The notes under the pieces: generated by a model | What the model saw: only the letters and a program-made list of their open reading frames with translations | The model's database searches: none | What the model was told of the DNA's origin: nothing | DNA from: a virus | Taxonomy: Duplodnaviria > Caudoviricetes | Length of the DNA: 64,000 bases | IMG/VR virus record: IMGVR_UViG_3300032116_000002 | Strand: one strand, 5' to 3' | Shown: positions 1 through 10,300 of the stretch, one piece after another | Numbering within the stretch: position 1 is the stretch's first letter | How the letters are laid out: each line of letters starts with the position of its first letter | Program-made: the position numbers and the translations under genes

Positions 1-662
1 TACTTGACGGTGAAGTAGTTGGTAATAGCTTCCAAGAACTTATGCGTCAAGCACGCCGTAAAGAAAATGTGCAGGCTGAAGATAGTGTATTTCATATCTT
101 TGATATTTTACCTAGGCGAGCGTTCGGTGAAGGTATTTATAAAGAACCATTGAGTAAGCGAATCAAATACTTGGAAAAAATGCGTCCTTTTATTAACCGT
201 ATGCCCAATGTTGAATTGCTTGAACATATTAATGTTGACCTTGACACAAATGAAGGTCATGATAAACTTAATCGTTATGCCAAAGACATGGTGAATCTTG
301 GTTACGAAGGAATTATGATTAAAGATATTCATGCCTTTTATGTATGCAAACGTAGCACAGATTGGATGAAGTGGAAGCCAACTATTACAGTTGACCTTAC
401 TGTAGTTGCTATTGAACAAGGCACTGGTCGCAATAGTGATAGACTAGGTGCACTTGTGTGTGAGGGTGAAGATGATGGTAAGTATATTACTGTTAATGTG
501 GGTAGTGGTTTCAGTGATGAGGATCGTGACAGTTATTGGGAAAACCAATCCTCAATTATTGGTCGTACAGCCGAAGTACTTTGCGATGCTGTTACTCAAA
601 ACCAAGATGGAAGTTATAGTTTACGGTTTCCTCGCTTTATTCGTTTTAGGGATGATAAATGA
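1..662 (+). CDS. lig: ATP-dependent DNA ligase (5'-truncated by window)
   Basis: Frame open from window start (LDGE motif); EGIMIKD, KRSTDWMKWK, OB fold and LRFPRFIRFRDDK ligase motifs. Confidence 0.93.
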   Translation, partial: LDGEVVGNSFQELMRQARRKENVQAEDSVFHIFDILPRRAFGEGIYKEPLSKRIKYLEKMRPFINRMPNVELLEHINVDLDTNEGHDKLNRYAKDMVNLGYEGIMIKDIHAFYVCKRSTDWMKWKPTITVDLTVVAIEQGTGRNSDRLGALVCEGEDDGKYITVNVGSGFSDEDRDSYWENQSSIIGRTAEVLCDAVTQNQDGSYSLRFPRFIRFRDDK

Positions 663-847
663 TTTACACTTATTTTATTTTAGGAACACTTTGTTTAACT
701 CTTAGTGGCATGTGGTTTGGTTCTATCTGTACGGATTATTACGATGGAGTTAGAATTCAATCTACCCAATATATAATGACCTTACTCACTTTTGTAACTG
801 GTGTTTGCCAATTCATTATGGTATACAAAACAATTGTGCTAGAATAA
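659..847 (+). CDS. small membrane protein
   Basis: Two hydrophobic segments; overlaps ligase stop. Confidence 0.55.
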   Translation: MIYTYFILGTLCLTLSGMWFGSICTDYYDGVRIQSTQYIMTLLTFVTGVCQFIMVYKTIVLE

Positions 848-865
848 AAGTTCTAGGAGATTTAT

Positions 866-1459
866 ATGAATTATAAAATTGAAATTTGGAGTCGCGGTAT
901 TGACGTTGGTATTGGTAAGATTACCAAAGAACAATATGAATATTGGAACGACCGTGATACTCAAGACCTAAATGATGTTTTAAATAACAATTTTGATTAC
1001 GAGGAAAACGAAACTCCTGATGAGGCACGATTGCCCTATGAATACTATAATGAGTATGAAGATGTATTCTTTGGGTTTGGTCCTGACCATGACTATAATG
1101 AAATGACCATTAAAGATAGTGAGGGTAATATTTTATTCATGGGAGATGTTTCAGGCTTTGTAAATGAATACGATCCAAAGTATGAAGTTGGTTTACTAGA
1201 AGGTGGTGAACAAGATTACTATTCTAATTGTTTAGAGCCTGGTCATTATATACAGTGGTGTCAAGGTGGTAAAGGGTTATACTTTGATGGTGAGTTTGAT
1301 GCTGAAAAATTTGACCCATTAAAAATGGTATTTTCTATCCGTGAAACTGATTACGGAGAAATCGTTGTCGGTATAGCATACGACGGTGAAACTATAGAGA
1401 ACCAGGCTGGTGACTACGATATAAAATCCTTTGAGGCATCGGTATTTCATGCTGAGTGA
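866..1459 (+). CDS. acidic hypothetical protein
   Basis: 197 aa ORF with AGGAG RBS. Confidence 0.75.
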   Translation: MNYKIEIWSRGIDVGIGKITKEQYEYWNDRDTQDLNDVLNNNFDYEENETPDEARLPYEYYNEYEDVFFGFGPDHDYNEMTIKDSEGNILFMGDVSGFVNEYDPKYEVGLLEGGEQDYYSNCLEPGHYIQWCQGGKGLYFDGEFDAEKFDPLKMVFSIRETDYGEIVVGIAYDGETIENQAGDYDIKSFEASVFHAE

Positions 1460-1664
1460 CCTAGTAGGTAAATCTCATGTATTTGAGGATGGTATAACCT
1501 TAACGATTTTAGAAGTCAAGCACCGTGACGCAGGCGTAATTTGGGTAGTATATCAGACTAATGATGGAATACATATACCTAAAAAATTGATGATGCCAGA
1601 ATTAGAATTTTTGAATTCATACGGTCATTTGTTCGGATTGAGAAATGTTCCTAAAAATTTTTAA
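1449..1664 (+). CDS. hypothetical protein
   Basis: ATG at 1449 overlapping upstream stop. Confidence 0.5.
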   Translation: MLSDLVGKSHVFEDGITLTILEVKHRDAGVIWVVYQTNDGIHIPKKLMMPELEFLNSYGHLFGLRNVPKNF

Positions 1665-1842
1665 CACACTGAAATATAGTTCAGTAAAAATTTCGATTCA
1701 ATTAAATCCATTGCAATGGCGATGGATTCCATATCATTTTATTGGTAAACTAAATGAGTGGCCTGATGAAAATGTTTATCAATTTATATTCAGTTGGATA
1801 TTTCTCTCGACAAGGGTGTATATTGATGATGGTTCTTGGTGA
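1645..1842 (+). CDS. hypothetical protein
   Basis: Coupled Trp-rich ORF. Confidence 0.5.
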   Translation: MFLKIFNTLKYSSVKISIQLNPLQWRWIPYHFIGKLNEWPDENVYQFIFSWIFLSTRVYIDDGSW

Positions 1843-1855
1843 TAAATAATAAACT

Positions 1856-3403
1856 ATGATATTTGCTTATATAATTCTTTTTACCGCTATAATGCTTAGT
1901 GCTGTAGCAGCTTATTACTCAATAGCAGGACTTACTGCTATTTTTGCTGCGGCTGTACTCCCTGTTATTATTATGGGAGGTACACTAGAGTTAGGAAAAG
2001 TAGTCGCTACAGTATGGCTGCACAATAACTGGAAGAGAATTAATTGGGCATATAAATCATATCTACTACCTGCTATTGTATTCTTAATGCTTTTGACTAG
2101 TATGGGTATCTTTGGCTTTCTATCAAAAGCACATAGTGACCAAAGCTTAGTCAGCGGAGATGCAATGAGTAAGGTTGCAATTTTTGATGAGAAAATTGCT
2201 ACAGAAAAAGATAACATTGCACAATCTAAAAAAGCACTTGAACAAATGAATCAACAAGTTGATCAAATGCTCGGGCGTAGTGACACAGAGCGTGGTGCTG
2301 AACGTGCAGTAAGTATTCGCAAAAACCAAGCGAAAGAACGTGCTGCATTACAAGCAGAAATTACAAAATCACAAAAAATAATTCAAAAGTTACAAGAGGA
2401 ACGTGCACCACTTGCAGCGGAATTTAGAAAAGTGGAGGCTGAAGTTGGACCTATCAAATATATTGCTGCTTTATTATACGGCGACAATCCCGATCAAAAT
2501 ATTTTGGAGCGTGCTGTACGTTGGGTTATTATACTTATTGTTATTGTTTTCGATCCGTTAGCACTATGCTTGATTCTAGCAGGTAATAAGCAAATGGAAT
2601 GGGCACGTGAGGATAAAGAAAAAGCAAAGATGGATGCTGTTGCAGACGATGTTGCTGCAATGAATATCAATGCGGAGCCAGCCGGTGTACAGATACGACC
2701 ATGGACTGAAGAAGAAATTGAGGCATTAAATTCATATGATCCTAATGCGAAAAAGGCTAATGAAGAAATTGCTAAGATTGAAACCGAAGAACCGGTTATT
2801 GATATACCTGAAGAGGTAGCCGAAGAAGTCATTGAAGAACCGGTACAAGAACCTGTACAGGTAGCAGTAGAAGAAAAACCAATTGAAGAAGAAATTCAAG
2901 AAATTTTAGCAAGCAATAATGTAATTACAACCACAGATGATGTACAAGTTGGTGGTACTGAAAACGTTTTACATTTCGACAATTTATTAAAAGAAGCAGC
3001 AACAAGTACAAAACAACCTTTCGTAAGAGTTCAAGATAGTGAGTATGTTGAATTTGAAGGTAAGCGTATGCACGAACGTGTACTACGTAGCCTACATCCT
3101 GAATTTTTCGGTGGGCTTGAAGCAGACAATGAATCAAATAATGGCTTCGGTAGTACCTTCCCTGAATATGCAGTTATGGGAGATTTGTTTATAAGAACAG
3201 ATGTTTTACCAAACCGCGTATTCAAATTCAATAGCAGCAAATGGATAGAAATAAACAAAGAGCATAGCGATAGTTATTTAAATAACAACAAATATCTAAG
3301 TTATCTAGTTGATAAGATTAGCACAGGTGAAGTTGATCCTGAAATACTCACTGTAGCAGAGCAGGATTGTGTTGCTAATTTTATAAGAAATCCAAAGGCT
3401 TGA
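1856..3403 (+). CDS. membrane-anchored coiled-coil protein with acidic linker
   Basis: N-terminal TM helices, coiled coil, further TM, Glu-rich linker; GATAAATA late-type motif at 1841. Confidence 0.8.
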   Translation: MIFAYIILFTAIMLSAVAAYYSIAGLTAIFAAAVLPVIIMGGTLELGKVVATVWLHNNWKRINWAYKSYLLPAIVFLMLLTSMGIFGFLSKAHSDQSLVSGDAMSKVAIFDEKIATEKDNIAQSKKALEQMNQQVDQMLGRSDTERGAERAVSIRKNQAKERAALQAEITKSQKIIQKLQEERAPLAAEFRKVEAEVGPIKYIAALLYGDNPDQNILERAVRWVIILIVIVFDPLALCLILAGNKQMEWAREDKEKAKMDAVADDVAAMNINAEPAGVQIRPWTEEEIEALNSYDPNAKKANEEIAKIETEEPVIDIPEEVAEEVIEEPVQEPVQVAVEEKPIEEEIQEILASNNVITTTDDVQVGGTENVLHFDNLLKEAATSTKQPFVRVQDSEYVEFEGKRMHERVLRSLHPEFFGGLEADNESNNGFGSTFPEYAVMGDLFIRTDVLPNRVFKFNSSKWIEINKEHSDSYLNNNKYLSYLVDKISTGEVDPEILTVAEQDCVANFIRNPKA

Positions 3404-3428
3404 CAATAAATCCATAGTGTAGTATAGT
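3400..3428 (+). promoter_or_regulatory. early sigma70-type promoter
   Basis: TTGACAATAAATC, 17-bp spacer, TATAGT. Confidence 0.8.
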
Positions 3429-3461
3429 ATCATTTCATCAACTACTTTTTGAGGTATTCAA

Positions 3462-4121
3462 ATGAACAAACGTATTTTGGTCGTACTTATTGCAGGCGTA
3501 TTGGCTGGCTGTGGTACATTCGGTAGTAACAAAGGTATCACGCCTGCTGCTGATGCAGTCACACCAATCAAAGAAACAAAAATCACTACTACCTTTACCG
3601 ACGAAGGTGTTAAACTACATTACACTATGTCAGGCAAACTCGAACGAATCGAAGTTGTAGGTGTTGCTCCTGCTTGGAAGCGCAATCATGACATTCTAGC
3701 AGAAGCCGATGCTATGGATAAACTTGTCAAGTTTGTGCATGGCAAAAATGTATCAAGCGACCGTCGCATTAAAATTATTAGCAAGGCTTTGGATCAGGCT
3801 AGCGACCTAACTAGCAACAAGTTTTCAAGCAACGAAGGTGCTGTTGATACTGACAGTAAGGAACTAGAAGCCGAATTGAAAAACGATTCTGGTGAAACAT
3901 CACAACGCCTTAACACTGCCAAACGTAATGCACGTATCGTTGATGAAACAACGGTAAATGCTATTCAAACAATCACAGCCTCAGGTCGTCTAGTAGGTGT
4001 TCGTAAAATAGGCGATAAGGTTAAGGATGATGGCAAAACGTATGTTGCATACTATCAATGGTCTTTTCAGGACATGGATACTGCAACACAGGTTCGTAAT
4101 GCTATGATGAAAGGTAACTAA
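3462..4121 (+). CDS. lipoprotein
   Basis: Signal peptide with LAGC lipobox. Confidence 0.75.
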   Translation: MNKRILVVLIAGVLAGCGTFGSNKGITPAADAVTPIKETKITTTFTDEGVKLHYTMSGKLERIEVVGVAPAWKRNHDILAEADAMDKLVKFVHGKNVSSDRRIKIISKALDQASDLTSNKFSSNEGAVDTDSKELEAELKNDSGETSQRLNTAKRNARIVDETTVNAIQTITASGRLVGVRKIGDKVKDDGKTYVAYYQWSFQDMDTATQVRNAMMKGN

Positions 4122-5134
4122 TGAAACGCATACTTGCGTTACTGTTGATGACATTGGCAGGTGCAGTTTATTCTGCCAATGTCTATGGTCCCATCGAAGT
4201 TACTGGGGTTGGTAAAACTGAGGAAGAAGCTAAAAACAATGGTTTCAAAAAGGCAGTGGAATACGCACTAGGTGCGGCTATTGTAAGTGAGGTTGAAGTA
4301 CAGAATCGTAGTGAAGTAGCCAAAAATTCTGTACTTAAACATAGTGCAGGTTATGTTGACAAATTCAAAATTGTCGAAGTAATGGAAGAACGTAACGGAA
4401 AAGTTTCTGTTACTATGAATGTTTGGGTTAAGCCTAGTATCCTTAACGATTATGTTATGCACAAAAGCAAAGATAATAAAAGGATAGAAGGTGAGACTGC
4501 AGGTGCAAGAATATCGACCTATATCAATGAACGTGAACAAGGTGATACTTTTGTGAATAGTGTTTTGCGTGATTTCCCACACAAAGCATTTAACGTAAAG
4601 CAAGGCAACTTTGAGGTACGATCAAATGACAGTAGGCAGATGGCTATCTTTATTCCTTATACTATATCTTTTAATAGCAAATTTTTATCTGCGCTATCTG
4701 GGGCTTTGAAACAAGTACAGGATAAGGAATGTAATTTTCTTTGCGATGACACACCAAGCTTTAGTATTAGCTATGCAAAGCAGAATGAAATTATAGGTTC
4801 AAGATCCACTTATTATTTCAATGATGCAGTAAGACCGCATGGTGTATGGGCTAAGCTAACGGGTATCAGTGGCTTGCATGAACCACTAAATTCTGTTAAG
4901 GTTAAAACTGATTTTGCAGATTTTAATGGTAACCCAATTTTAACTTACTGCACTGATTTCCAAAGCTTACCAGTTTACAAGCGTGGTAAAAGCTATGGTA
5001 TCGACGGTGGGTCTTGGAAAGAAAACGTAACATTGCAAATTCCTGTTACAGAATCTATTAAAAGTACATTGTCAAATGTTGACCAAATTAAAGTTTCAGT
5101 GGTAAGCCCTCATGAGTGTAAAAACAATTATTGA
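4121..5134 (+). CDS. exported protein, LPP20/FlgT-N-like N-terminus
   Basis: Signal peptide; VTGVGKTEEEAKNNGFKKAVE pattern. Confidence 0.6.
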   Translation: MKRILALLLMTLAGAVYSANVYGPIEVTGVGKTEEEAKNNGFKKAVEYALGAAIVSEVEVQNRSEVAKNSVLKHSAGYVDKFKIVEVMEERNGKVSVTMNVWVKPSILNDYVMHKSKDNKRIEGETAGARISTYINEREQGDTFVNSVLRDFPHKAFNVKQGNFEVRSNDSRQMAIFIPYTISFNSKFLSALSGALKQVQDKECNFLCDDTPSFSISYAKQNEIIGSRSTYYFNDAVRPHGVWAKLTGISGLHEPLNSVKVKTDFADFNGNPILTYCTDFQSLPVYKRGKSYGIDGGSWKENVTLQIPVTESIKSTLSNVDQIKVSVVSPHECKNNY

Positions 5135-5159
5135 GGTTATTAAACAAGATATATACTAA

Positions 5160-6359
5160 ATGACTGAGGAAATTAAACTTAACCATTGCAGTTTTTGCGG
5201 AACTAGTAAAGAGCAAGTAGAAAAATTAATTGTAGGGGACAATGTAGCGATATGCAGCGATTGCGTTGAACTATGTGTTGACCTTATAATTGACGATGTT
5301 AAGATCGAAAAAGAAGAGCCTGTTACTGACCATGATCCACAAAAAATCAAGGCATATCTTGATGAACATGTGATTGGTCAGGAACAGGCCAAAATCGTTT
5401 TAAGTGTAGCGATCGGTAATCACTATAAACGAATCAATAACCCTCCCAAAGATTTGGAAATCACAAAAGGTAATGTATTAATAGTGGGTCCAACTGGATC
5501 TGGTAAAACATTATTAGCCAAGACAGTTGCCAAATATCTTAATGTTCCATTTGTTGTTGCAGATGCCACTAGCCTAACCGAAGCAGGCTACGTAGGTGAT
5601 GATGTTGAAAGCATGATTACTATGTTAGTAAACGCAGCGAACGGTGACGTTAAATTAGCGGAGCGTGGTATTATCTTCATTGATGAAATAGATAAAATTG
5701 CCCGTAAGAGTGAAAGCACAAGCATTACCCGAGATGTATCAGGCGAAGGTGTACAGCAAGCACTACTTAAGCTAGTAGAGGGCACAAAATGTCGAGTGTC
5801 CGCATCGGGTAGTAGGAAGCATCCTAACGCGGATATCAACGAAGTTGATACTAAAAATATCTTATTCATTGCGGGCGGTGCCTTCGTTGGGTTAAAAGAT
5901 ATTATCTCCAACCGTGAGCATGGTACTAGTATAGGATTCGGTGCTAGTATTAAAGATGCAAAAGTTGAAGGGGAGCTTAAAAACCTAACCCCTGATGATC
6001 TAACCAAATTTGGAATGATTCCTGAATTTGTGGGTAGATTTACAACGAGCGTAAGTATTGCTGAATTAGATAAAGAACAATTAATAGAGATATTAACTAA
6101 GGTTAAAAATAACTACATTGACCAATATAAGTATTTGTTTAAGCTGGATGGGGTAGAACTTAATTTTACGGACGATGCACTAGAAGAAATGGTAGAGAAC
6201 ACCCTTAAACTTAAGACAGGGGCTAGGGGTCTGCATACTGAGATAGAACGTGTTCTCATGCCCCATATGTATAACATAAAGCTTTATACGGATAGTAAAA
6301 TTAAAACAATAAGTATAAATAAAGAACAAGTTATAGAACCAAAAGTCAATGTCAAATAA
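5160..6359 (+). CDS. clpX: ATP-dependent Clp protease ATP-binding subunit ClpX
   Basis: CSFC..CSDC zinc-binding domain, Walker A GPTGSGKT, Walker B FIDEIDK, IGF loop. Confidence 0.97.
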   Translation: MTEEIKLNHCSFCGTSKEQVEKLIVGDNVAICSDCVELCVDLIIDDVKIEKEEPVTDHDPQKIKAYLDEHVIGQEQAKIVLSVAIGNHYKRINNPPKDLEITKGNVLIVGPTGSGKTLLAKTVAKYLNVPFVVADATSLTEAGYVGDDVESMITMLVNAANGDVKLAERGIIFIDEIDKIARKSESTSITRDVSGEGVQQALLKLVEGTKCRVSASGSRKHPNADINEVDTKNILFIAGGAFVGLKDIISNREHGTSIGFGASIKDAKVEGELKNLTPDDLTKFGMIPEFVGRFTTSVSIAELDKEQLIEILTKVKNNYIDQYKYLFKLDGVELNFTDDALEEMVENTLKLKTGARGLHTEIERVLMPHMYNIKLYTDSKIKTISINKEQVIEPKVNVK

Positions 6360-6561
6360 AGTTATAGTGTTTGATGGGAACGTAGAGAAAGCCCTTAGAA
6401 AGTTCAAAAAGAAGGTTGCCGAATCGGGTAAACTTCAGGAAGTAAGGGAAAGACAAGAATACGTTAAGCCCACAATTAAACGTAAACTCGCAAAGAGCCT
6501 AGCTAAACGCAGGTGGAAGAAATACCTGCGTGATCAGAAACTCCCACCGAAGTTGTACTAA
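6349..6561 (+). CDS. rpsU: 30S ribosomal protein bS21
   Basis: VEKALRKFKKK..EVRERQEYVKPTIKRK bS21 pattern. Confidence 0.9.
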   Translation: MSNKVIVFDGNVEKALRKFKKKVAESGKLQEVRERQEYVKPTIKRKLAKSLAKRRWKKYLRDQKLPPKLY

Positions 6562-6596
6562 CCAAAATAATTTACTTTTTTACGAATTAAGTTATA

Positions 6597-6666
6597 ATAA
6601 ATACAGTTGTAGATGCCGAATTCGGGTCTACAACTATGTCATTCGCTTATTATAAGGAGACTAAAC
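6597..6666 (+). promoter_or_regulatory. hsp20 leader: TAAATA late-type motif, bulged-G hairpin, SD-overlapping motif
   Basis: ATAAATAC; GTAGAT-G-CC-GAATTC-GG-GTCTAC hairpin; GCTTATTATAAGGAGA; parallels dnaK leader. Confidence 0.6.
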
Positions 6667-7110
6667 ATGACTAATCAAATATCTATTCGTACCTTGGATA
6701 TTCCAAGTATTCACAGATTTGGAATCGGATTCGATTCTATGCTTTATGATCTAGCCCGTCTAGCATCAGCAAATGCTTCAAACTATCCCCCATACAATTT
6801 AGTTAAAACCGATGAAAATAGTTTTGCTATTGAATTGGCTGTTGCTGGATTTAAAGAAGGGGAAATTGATGTATCAGTAGAAAAAAATGTATTGACCATT
6901 AAAGGTTCTAAGAAAGACAGTATACCTGATAACTTTGAGTATCTACATAGAGGTATCAGTCAACGTAATTTTGAACGTACTTTCCCACTAGCAGAGCATA
7001 TTGAAGTTACGGGTGCTTTGGTTCGTGACGGTATGTTAATCATTGATTTGTTCCGTTTGGTTCCCGAATCAGACAAGCCCAAATCTATTGCTATTTCATA
7101 CCTTAAGTAA
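6667..7110 (+). CDS. small heat shock protein Hsp20 (IbpA-like)
   Basis: YPPYNL, IELAVAGF, YLHRGISQRNFERTF, DGML alpha-crystallin motifs; start moved to ATG 6667 after AAGGAG. Confidence 0.95.
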   Translation: MTNQISIRTLDIPSIHRFGIGFDSMLYDLARLASANASNYPPYNLVKTDENSFAIELAVAGFKEGEIDVSVEKNVLTIKGSKKDSIPDNFEYLHRGISQRNFERTFPLAEHIEVTGALVRDGMLIIDLFRLVPESDKPKSIAISYLK

Positions 7111-7121
7111 TATAATAAATA

Positions 7122-7149
7122 AAAGTGAGGGGGCTTTTCTCCTCACTTT
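7122..7149 (+). other. intergenic hairpin before clpS
   Basis: AAAGTGAGG / CCTCACTTT inverted repeat. Confidence 0.5.
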
Positions 7150-7163
7150 AAGTTGAGGAAACT

Positions 7164-7469
7164 ATGTCAAATCCAGAAACAAATATTACAATTAAACCTA
7201 ATTTAAAGATTGTAGAACCACCATTGTACAAGATCATCTATCTAAATGATGATTTCACTTCAATGGAATTCGTAGTGGACAGCCTAATAGAGCATTTTAA
7301 CTATAATGCTGATACTGCTACTAATATCACTAAAAACATCCATGAAGACGGCTCCGCAGTCGTTGCTGTACTACCCTACGAAATAGCAGAACAAAAGGGT
7401 ATAGAAGTTACAGTAGAAGCAAGATCACAAGGTTTCCCATTACAAGTTAAGATTGAACAGGAGGCTTAA
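7164..7469 (+). CDS. clpS: Clp protease adaptor ClpS
   Basis: PPLYKIIYLNDDFTSMEFVV, IHEDG, GFPL motifs. Confidence 0.93.
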   Translation: MSNPETNITIKPNLKIVEPPLYKIIYLNDDFTSMEFVVDSLIEHFNYNADTATNITKNIHEDGSAVVAVLPYEIAEQKGIEVTVEARSQGFPLQVKIEQEA

Positions 7470-8158
7470 ACCTTTACAATCTTAGCCCAGTATATAGGCT
7501 CATTGTCACAAGGATTAGAAATATAATTGACACCATTTAATTCGGTGTCAATTTTTTTGTCTGTACCACCAAACACCCAATGTTTTACTTTACTTTCTGT
7601 GTCAAAATCTAAGCATATATCTGGACTCATACTATCAGTTATATGACTGTCATCTTTAAAGAAAAGTTCTTTGTTTGGTGGGCTTGCACTTAATATGACT
7701 ATGTTTTTCACATCCAAATGCAATTGCATTTTTTTGATTGTAGTGGTAAGATATACTAAATCCTCATTTCTATGAGAACTTAATCTTAATCTATCAAATA
7801 CAGGTACCTCATTTTCGGGTTTAGCGAACCATGTATTAGCACCTATTACAGCTACACCATTTACTACAATCACATTATTGTGTAAGTAAATGACGTTGTT
7901 TATACTTCCACATATCTTTTGTAGTTTGGCTATTCTATCATCTTTGAAAGATACCGTTTCATGTTCAAGCATACCTTCAATATAGAATACACCATGATAC
8001 AATGTAGATAAATGTGCGAGTGCTTTTTGCACTACTTTAAGGTCTGAAGATAAATTACCTGCTATTAAACAGAATAAACTGGTGACCTTACCCTCCCAGT
8101 TGAATTTATCATCCGCTGATAGATTAAGGTCACTAATTAAATCGAAACTTAAACTCAT
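7466..8158 (-). CDS. degenerate metallophosphoesterase-fold protein
   Basis: FDLISDLNL start, IAGNL, HWVFG resemble calcineurin-like motifs with ligands altered. Confidence 0.55.
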   Translation of the reverse strand: MSLSFDLISDLNLSADDKFNWEGKVTSLFCLIAGNLSSDLKVVQKALAHLSTLYHGVFYIEGMLEHETVSFKDDRIAKLQKICGSINNVIYLHNNVIVVNGVAVIGANTWFAKPENEVPVFDRLRLSSHRNEDLVYLTTTIKKMQLHLDVKNIVILSASPPNKELFFKDDSHITDSMSPDICLDFDTESKVKHWVFGGTDKKIDTELNGVNYISNPCDNEPIYWAKIVKV

Positions 8159-8165
8159 TATGAAT

Positions 8166-8185
8166 AAGAGGGACTAAGCCCTCTT
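8166..8185 (-). terminator. hairpin, probable terminator
   Basis: AAGAGGG/CCCTCTT stem 3' of the 8188-8616 gene. Confidence 0.5.
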
Positions 8186-8187
8186 AA

Positions 8188-8616
8188 TTATTTTTTCTTC
8201 TTTTTAGGTGCCGCTTTTTTAACTGCTTCTTTAACGTCTTTTAAGTCAACCTTACCATCTTTGTTAACATCAGCCTTTTCTTTTACTTTAGCTGTTGCTT
8301 TTTTGGCTTTCTCTTTGGTTTTCTTAACTGCTTCTTTAGCATCAGCTAAGTCAACTTTACCATCTTTGTTAACATCTAATGCTTCAGTTAATATTGGCAT
8401 TACAGATAGTTCTTCCTTAACTGGAGGCTCTATCTTATAAGGTGCTTTATCAGCATCACCCTCTTTTGGGCGACTTGTTGGGAATGGCCATGCTTCTGGT
8501 TTTCCACCTGTAACTGAATCTAGTGGGTGACTCCCGTCAGCTTTCTCTTTGTTTAAATGCTTGTATGCAACGTAAGCTACTATGCCTGCTGCTACTACTG
8601 CGATAATAATTTCCAT
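8188..8616 (-). CDS. membrane-anchored protein with two EF-hand-like DVNKDGKVD loops
   Basis: N-terminal TM; DVNKDGKVDL twice; Lys/Ala-rich tail. Confidence 0.7.
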   Translation of the reverse strand: MEIIIAVVAAGIVAYVAYKHLNKEKADGSHPLDSVTGGKPEAWPFPTSRPKEGDADKAPYKIEPPVKEELSVMPILTEALDVNKDGKVDLADAKEAVKKTKEKAKKATAKVKEKADVNKDGKVDLKDVKEAVKKAAPKKKKK

Positions 8617-8687
8617 ACTGTTTCTCCTTCAATGTGTATATATTTATTAATTTGTCCAACGCTGTAATTTTTCGCTAAATACTGATT

Positions 8688-10232
8688 ATGCGTGACTTAT
8701 TAGACAAACTACAATTTATAGCAGAAAGCACTGGACTATCGAATAGAAAGCCAGGCGACATTTTTAAAAATTCTGCTGGCCAAACCATAACTTTTTCAAA
8801 TATAGCATTCTTTCCTGAAGAGGGAGGAAAGTTAGATACCACACAACTACGTGATGTACTAGCGTCAGTTACGAATCAACTTGGAAATATAGAATGGCAA
8901 AATGCCGCAGCAAGAGCAGGAGGGTTTGCTATCGCAAGTTTTGATTCCGAAGCAGGACCTGTTCATTTTGGTTTCTTTTTACAAGAAGTAAAACCAAATC
9001 CAAAAGACAATAAGATTAAAAATGTAATCGGTGATTATAAGTATGCAGGAGCCGCAGCAGCAAAGACACAAGCTAAAATGACTCCACAAGATTTGTTGAC
9101 TAACAAATTAAACCTAACTGCACGTGACATTATGTTACAACTCAGTGAAACTTTAGGAACAGACAGCCCATTATATTACATTGCACACCAAGTTGCCACT
9201 GGAGCACCTTTCCCTATTGAAGTAGAAGCATCCGAACAATTAAGTTTTACAGGTTTCAGAGATTATTTTTGTGAAATACTGCAACCAATAGCATTACAAA
9301 ACGGAAATTACGAAGGTAATGCAAGTGATGCAGCACAGAAATTTTTTGGTGAACCAAGCTTTGCAAACACTTCTATAAACTTTGATGATAGTAAGAATGC
9401 AGGATTAAGTGATAGTGTACTTGAATTACCAGATGGTAGATATGTTAAAATAAGTAGCAAAGGCGAAAAGGGTGCTGAGGCTAGTGTTAAGAATTTAGAA
9501 GATGAAGTTAGTAATGTACAGGATCCTAAATTACTTAGAAAGTATAATGATGTAATTGAACTCATTAGAGAAATGAGACAAGCCGGACAAGCGGGAGCTC
9601 CATTAATCTTAGGTATTCGTTATGGTATAATAGATGAAACGGATGCAGAATTAATAAAATCTTTAAAAGGGTTCAAACCAATTCCTTTAAAATCAATAAA
9701 AGATGTAACCATGCATGGGGCAAGAGTTTCAAAAAATCTAATCAAATTAGCATCAGAAAGAAAAACAAAAAGACCAGAAGCAGTTGCACTTTATTATCAT
9801 TTAATTGCAGCAGTTGCACACAAGGTAGCAGAAAAAGTAAATGAAGAAACTAATTTTAGCCAAGCAGCTAGTGAAATATTAAACAATGGTGCATTAGTAC
9901 AAGTATATACCAATGCAACACAATCAGGTAACAAATGGATACTTGGGGCGTTTAACACTGTATACCCAAGTAAAGCAGTTACAGGTGTTGTATTAAGTGC
10001 AGGTAAAAATTATAGCAGTACTGAAATTAAAGGTAACTTTACATTCAAGATTTTACGAAATGGTGCTAAGGCTAGTATGCTTGATGATACAGAAATCGAA
10101 ACCGGTAAAGAAGAAACGCCTCCCGAATTGGCTACGGTAGCACCAGATATAACTGAACCAAAAGTTATTAAGCAATCAAACATTCAACCAAAAGCCGATA
10201 TCGGCAGATCAAAACGACCAAAGTTAAGATAA
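8688..10232 (+). CDS. hypothetical protein (probably late/virion-associated)
   Basis: 514 aa ORF after GCTAAATA late-type motif; possible PD-(D/E)xK-like D..KISSK segment. Confidence 0.75.
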   Translation: MRDLLDKLQFIAESTGLSNRKPGDIFKNSAGQTITFSNIAFFPEEGGKLDTTQLRDVLASVTNQLGNIEWQNAAARAGGFAIASFDSEAGPVHFGFFLQEVKPNPKDNKIKNVIGDYKYAGAAAAKTQAKMTPQDLLTNKLNLTARDIMLQLSETLGTDSPLYYIAHQVATGAPFPIEVEASEQLSFTGFRDYFCEILQPIALQNGNYEGNASDAAQKFFGEPSFANTSINFDDSKNAGLSDSVLELPDGRYVKISSKGEKGAEASVKNLEDEVSNVQDPKLLRKYNDVIELIREMRQAGQAGAPLILGIRYGIIDETDAELIKSLKGFKPIPLKSIKDVTMHGARVSKNLIKLASERKTKRPEAVALYYHLIAAVAHKVAEKVNEETNFSQAASEILNNGALVQVYTNATQSGNKWILGAFNTVYPSKAVTGVVLSAGKNYSSTEIKGNFTFKILRNGAKASMLDDTEIETGKEETPPELATVAPDITEPKVIKQSNIQPKADIGRSKRPKLR

Positions 10233-10300
10233 ACGGTCACCAAAACTCTTGCATTTCAATACGTGTGTAGTATAATGATCTTTATTTTATAGGGATCATT

